Shown here: positions 59,122-64,000 of the stretch, one piece after another
Layout: each line of letters opens with the position of its first letter
How positions within the stretch are numbered: position 1 is the first letter of the stretch
Position numbers and translations under genes: made by a program
The notes under the pieces: model-generated
Told to the model about the DNA's origin: nothing
Databases searched by the model: none
The model's input: only the letters and a program-made list of their open reading frames with translations
Assembly (NCBI GenBank): GCA_949358305.1
Contig: OX442314.1
Coordinates: 27,838,001 to 27,902,000 of the forward strand
Direction: 5' to 3'
DNA: 64,000 nt
Source: Strigamia acuminata
Lineage: Eukaryota

Positions 59122-59952
59122 TTACTGCCAATTTCTTTCGGCATCCATTTCGGCATCCCAATGAGCAAAAGTCATGGCAGCGTTAAATCGTTCGGGAAAA
59201 CGTGCAACTGCTTCACCAATCAACACATCTTGAACGGTTTTGCACTTAGTGCTGCGGTTCAACTCCAGCATTCTGTAAACGGTTTCGTCGTCCAAATGTT
59301 GCAGTTTAATCTTCTGCAACAACCGAACGGCAGCTCGCTCTCTATTACGATCGCCGTTGCATTTCCACTTGAAAATGCACCGAGCGATCGCATTGGAGCA
59401 AGCAACGTCTTTGACACATTCAATTAAATAACGCATTTCGGATTCACTCAACAATTGTATGCTTTCATTCCTTGCTAGTGCTTCAATGTTACTTAGGATT
59501 AGGAATTGTAATAATTCACAATCTCGTTGGCAGAGATCGAATTTAGTGGCCAAACTCCAAACTTTGGGGAACGTCCCCACACTGACGTCATCGGCTAATC
59601 GGTCCCAGCAATGACGAAGCAAATCATGAATTCGCATCAAATGACAGGTGGAAATTAATTCTGTCAGCAAGTCGTCATCCTTGTCCAAAACCGGCAATTG
59701 AGCGGTGTATAGGTAAACAACGATGATTTCGATGACTTTTTTTTCGAATATTTGAAAATTAACTTCGCCCGAGTTCTTTTCCAACATATCTACAGTGAGC
59801 ATGGCCTCGAAATAAGAGCAGGATGAAATTAAAACCACTTTGTGGACATGAATGACCCCGTCCATGCATCTTAGAACGACGTCCGTCCCGTATTGTTGTT
59901 GTCGCAGTTCCTCCATTTTGTTTCGCGTGCGAGTCAGTTGTTTGTATGCCAT
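59122..59952 (-). CDS. BTB/POZ-BACK domain protein without Kelch repeats, 276 aa
   Basis: BTB signature TDVVLRC..HKVVLISSCSYFEAML..YLYTA, then BACK-like helices (IFKW...RERAAVRLLQKIKL). Single open coding exon. Confidence 0.9.
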   Translation of the reverse strand: MAYKQLTRTRNKMEELRQQQYGTDVVLRCMDGVIHVHKVVLISSCSYFEAMLTVDMLEKNSGEVNFQIFEKKVIEIIVVYLYTAQLPVLDKDDDLLTELISTCHLMRIHDLLRHCWDRLADDVSVGTFPKVWSLATKFDLCQRDCELLQFLILSNIEALARNESIQLLSESEMRYLIECVKDVACSNAIARCIFKWKCNGDRNRERAAVRLLQKIKLQHLDDETVYRMLELNRSTKCKTVQDVLIGEAVARFPERFNAAMTFAHWDAEMDAERNWQ

Positions 59953-60987
59953 GCTGAAAGTACGGGAAGAAAAATTAAATTATTTTTTGGTTTCAATAAA
60001 TTGAAATTAAATTAAAATCAAACTTTTTGTCGAAGACGTGAATTAATTTTAGTGGCTCGAATTTTCGTTGATCGGTTCCGGTAACAGCACACTCGTAGAC
60101 GGCTCGAATTGTGTTTTTATCTTCAAAATAAACAAAGATTTATGTATTAAACTATATAAACATGTAAGTAATTCAAGTACCTGATGACATTTTTTAATGT
60201 GGAACAAAGAGTGAAGCGATGACCCTGTTGTTCAAAGCGAAGCCTCCTTCATTCAAACTGCGCATGAGCAGTAGGCCGCCATGTTTACCCTTGAAAACAA
60301 ATTTTCTCAATACATGTTTCGGCATAACAACAATAAAAATTCAAAATAAATAAATCTTATCTAAAATGAGAATTAATAAAACTTATAATTAAAGATTGGT
60401 TAGCGGCAGAACGACTTCTATTATAATTTTCACAAAAACAAAACATGAGTCACGCAGCCGATAATCCGATATATAAATCGGTCGTCGAAGCAGGGTTTTG
60501 TAAGGTTTCGGTTTTGTAAATAAAATATAAATTCGTGTTTTAATGATTATTTAAATTGAAATAAATAAATACGAATAAAATAAATTTTCTGCTTCGGATT
60601 TCAGTCCAATATTCTCCGTAAATTCAAAACTCATAACCAGCTCAACTTTCTCGCGTCTTTTGGCAATGATTCCATCAGATGCAATTCAATAGATCTTGGA
60701 TCTGCTTAACACTTCCTCATTCCCAAGTTAGGAAAAAAATAATAGAGTTACCAACTTCAGTATAATAATACATCCAAAATTTATGATGTAATGTAATGGT
60801 CGCCACATTAAATTGTATATCATACAAAGTGTTGTGTATCATCCACCAAATTATTAACATTCCACGAAGACAACAAACCGTTTATCTATTCGTATTAATT
60901 CCAGTAAGGGAGACAGCTTAGACAAAAAAGGATTTGGGTCAAAATAGATTTAGTGTCAGAAAATATAGACAATTTCAAAGCGGCAAC

Positions 60988-61860
60988 ATGCTCATGAAAT
61001 TCTTCCTCATTGCATTTATCCGTAAGTTTCCCTTCATTCAGTCAAAAATACAATCATTTTATTTATTTATTTGCAGTTGCGACTTTTCTGGCACTTTCTA
61101 GCCAGAAAGAAACTTTGAAAATCTTCGATAAACAATGCAAAAAAACGGCTAATACAATTGATGAATGTTGGGTGAAACATTCGGAATTGCCAGACTGTGA
61201 AAACAGGTGCCAGAATTCATCAATCACGTATTCAAAACATTGTGTGCAAATATATATAATTTTTTTAATCAATTAGTGACCCGGTTGTTGTGTGTGGTCA
61301 AGACGCGTCGCAAAAAATGCGTCTTTGCGACAAGGAAGTGCAAAAACAGAGCAAACAAATGGTCCGAAACTACGAAATTATTCACGACGCCGTGTGCGAC
61401 AACGACCACACGCGAGAAGGTAAATATTTCAAAACACGGATACTTGGTCGCTGTTAATTTTCACATTTTAGAGTTCGAAAAGAAGCCGGCTTGTTGGTAC
61501 ACAGCTAGAAATTGCGCTATGAAGTTATTGAACAAGACAGCAACAGCTGTCGATTTGGATTCACTCGATTGCAAGTAAGAGTTTCGTTTGATTTCGATTT
61601 TCGCGACGTCATTTCGAATTGTCGTCTTCAGGGATGCTGTGGACGAAGCTGCGGAGTGCTCTTCGTTTGACCCTTGGTGTTCCGACTTACACGAAAACAT
61701 CACGCTCGCAGTCTACGAGAAATCGGATTGCGGAAGTCCGTATCCGGACGAAGAGAAATTAGTGAGTTCAGCTCTGAAATTGGACACGTTTAACGTTGTT
61801 TTGCTTGCATTTTTTGTATTTACAAAATCGTATTTCGACGCTTGCATTTATACTTACTAA
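60988..61860 (+). CDS. Small secreted or GPI-anchored Cys-rich protein, 5 exons
   Basis: Exons 60988-61021, 61077-61206, 61277-61419, 61472-61574, 61632-61860 join in frame. Signal peptide MLMKFFLIAFILATFLALSS, ~12 Cys, hydrophobic C-terminal tail. AATAAA follows the stop. Confidence 0.75.
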
Positions 61861-62422
61861 AAAATAAATTAAAAATTAAATTAAATTAAATTAAAATAAA
61901 TAAATTCGTGGCTTCGCATTCAGGTTTATAACTTATTTGAATCTTATTGCACAGCTTGTTTCAGTAGTTTTTTAAAACAAAAGGCAAGTTATTGCAAAAA
62001 TAAATGTAGCGAAAAAAATAAATTCATTTTTAAATTCAAAGTTGTATCACTTCGTGTCATTCAATGATTTGGTAATAAAAAAATAAGAAAGAAATCATGT
62101 CGGTACACCATTTCCTTTATAAACTATCACATTTCCTTCCCTTGACCTACAAATTTCAATGGCGCTTCAGCTCCCAACACATCATCTCTTCATGTGGCGT
62201 CGTTTTTCATAAATCACGTTGCTATTGCATCACGTTTTGTCTTCTCTTTATTAATTTTTATATCTTTAAAAAAAAAAAACACTTTCGATAACATCTAAAG
62301 AATTTGGGATTTTATTTTTCTTTTTTCTTCACACTTTCTATTCACAAATTTAAAAACGAGTCAAAAAACCAAAAAAAAAATACATGCTTTGTTTTCTCAG
62401 TATAATTAAATATCCAAAAACG

Positions 62423-63505
62423 CTACAAGACCGTGAAAGTATTTAATGGCTGCATCGGAACTGGCAAATAATCTTCAGTACGTTTCGGCTCGTAAATATT
62501 TCTGCGCGTTACGCATCCCAGTCGAGTGTCGGGCTGCACGCACGCAGTGCATTTTTTCGCAACATAATCCTCGTAATAATTTGTGTCCTTCCAAGTCAGC
62601 ATTTTGTTGTCAACAGTAACCGGGTACATCAAAGGCACTGTCAATTTCCAAACAAGAAATTATTAATTCAACCTTTTTCTCCTGACCCACGAACATCTGG
62701 TGATGGTTTATTGAACTAAATTGCTATGAAATGCGCGTTAGAGCCAGCCGACACACGGTACGGCTCTACTGCGTGACAATACGTACTCATTCCACTGCAT
62801 GGAATGCGAGTTGGTTTCTGGGATACGGATTTCACAGCATCTTTCACCCGTTTCACTTCGTTGAAATAAGATACTCTCTCGACCGTATTCATAGTGTATG
62901 GAGGGTTGTAGAATTCGTTGTTTTTAACAAACGGCACTTCCGCCAAATTTCTATCACCTGAAAACCAAACGTGCATCAATTTAAATCATTCCTACACGAT
63001 TCAAAAATCACCATTTAAGTCCGAATCGTAATCTCTGGTCTTGGTCGTACTGCAAGTGTCAGCATGCTCTTGAAGGGAAACGACCTCCTTCATTTTTTCA
63101 ACCGCTGCTGGATTTTTTGGCTTGTATTTGTATTTTTCAGGGAATTTAGACTTGACGAGAGGCTGAAAGACGATTTCAAGTTAGTCATAATTATTTTATT
63201 GTTATTTTTGGGAGAGATTTTACCACTCCAATAGTAGGACTCCAAGTGAAGGATTCCATCATTGGATTTCCATTGGCACAATGGTTTGTCAAGTCCTTTC
63301 TTTGGTAATCAGTTTTGTAAACTGAGTTGTAAGTGTCGTAGAAATTTTCGTTTCCTAATGGAGAAAGAAGAAACATGATTAAAAATCTATTTGAAGGTTG
63401 TGCAGAAATGATATGTGGTTGATGTAGCCGTGATAGTGTTAGAAGCAAAGTAAAGTAAAACAATAAACGATTTTTAAGTGCACGTACGTCCATTATTGCC
63501 GGCAA
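62423..63505 (-). CDS. Multi-exon gene of unknown function; first exon and some junctions uncertain
   Basis: In-phase GT-AG-joined segments: ..[17 protein letters not shown] | [23 protein letters not shown] | GDRNLAEVP.. | ..PLMYPVT..NTFTVL*. Confidence 0.55.
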
Positions 63506-64000
63506 TAGTTATTTTTAAGGCTACTAGATGGCAGAATAAGCAGTAAAGAGCGCCTTAATATCTTACTATATGTTATTTGATTTAAAAAAAGACATTTCCT
63601 CTTTGGATATTTAATTTTTGGTGGAAAAATAACTCGCAAAAAAATCCTTTCTGTATTACAAAAAAGTAAAAAGCAAATATATATTTAAAAACGAATCGTA
63701 GAGAATTTCAAAAACAACTATTCGCCCCTAGATGGTGCTCACTGCTTAAACCTTCGTTTCACGACGCTCCAGACACTAATATACAATAAACGTGTTTTTT
63801 TCCCACACTGACTCAAATGTTATGACTATAAAGTGTTATGAACTAATCGCATGTGCAATTCAAAGAGATAGGGGAGAAAAAAAACGTGTTTGCGCCTTAC
63901 AGATGGTGTATATACAATATACGAGGTCGCGATTGCCGTCTGCTTATGGATTTGCATACTTAAATTTGTTTGTTTTTTAATGCGAGGGGAAAAAAAAAAT

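Larger units (their letters stand above)
27879..60835 (+). repeat. Segmental tandem duplication unit 2 (portion alignable within the window)
   Basis: Colinear with 9294-25267. Larger mainly because of insertions at 27972, 33160, 35746 and 52292 and an extra BTB gene. Confidence 0.9.

Overview
This window is AT-rich eukaryotic DNA, probably from an invertebrate, with short GT-AG introns and dense transposon content. Positions 1-9293 are the 3' part of a Ty3/gypsy LTR retrotransposon: an intact pol, two unexplained accessory ORFs, a PPT and the 3' LTR. This element sits inside a host exon. Most of the rest is a tandem segmental duplication (unit 1 ~9294-25267, unit 2 ~27879-60835) carrying a DEG/ENaC (pickpocket-like) gene and BTB-BACK genes. 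By manual splicing, the unit-2 channel gene (27245-55548, 12 exons, ~834 aa) encodes TWO ENaC-like subunits fused head-to-tail in one polypeptide. The unit-1 copy is a pseudogene. Introns and intergenic DNA hold nested TEs: a DD41D Tc1/mariner with long TIRs and its MITEs, a 15.3-kb CACTA-like element with gene cargo, two related solo LTRs sharing a structured RNA motif, hAT/piggyBac/PHIS-like MITEs, and a foldback carrying two tRNA-Ser-like units. The window ends with two small convergent multi-exon genes. All calls come from reading the sequence by eye; no database searches were run.
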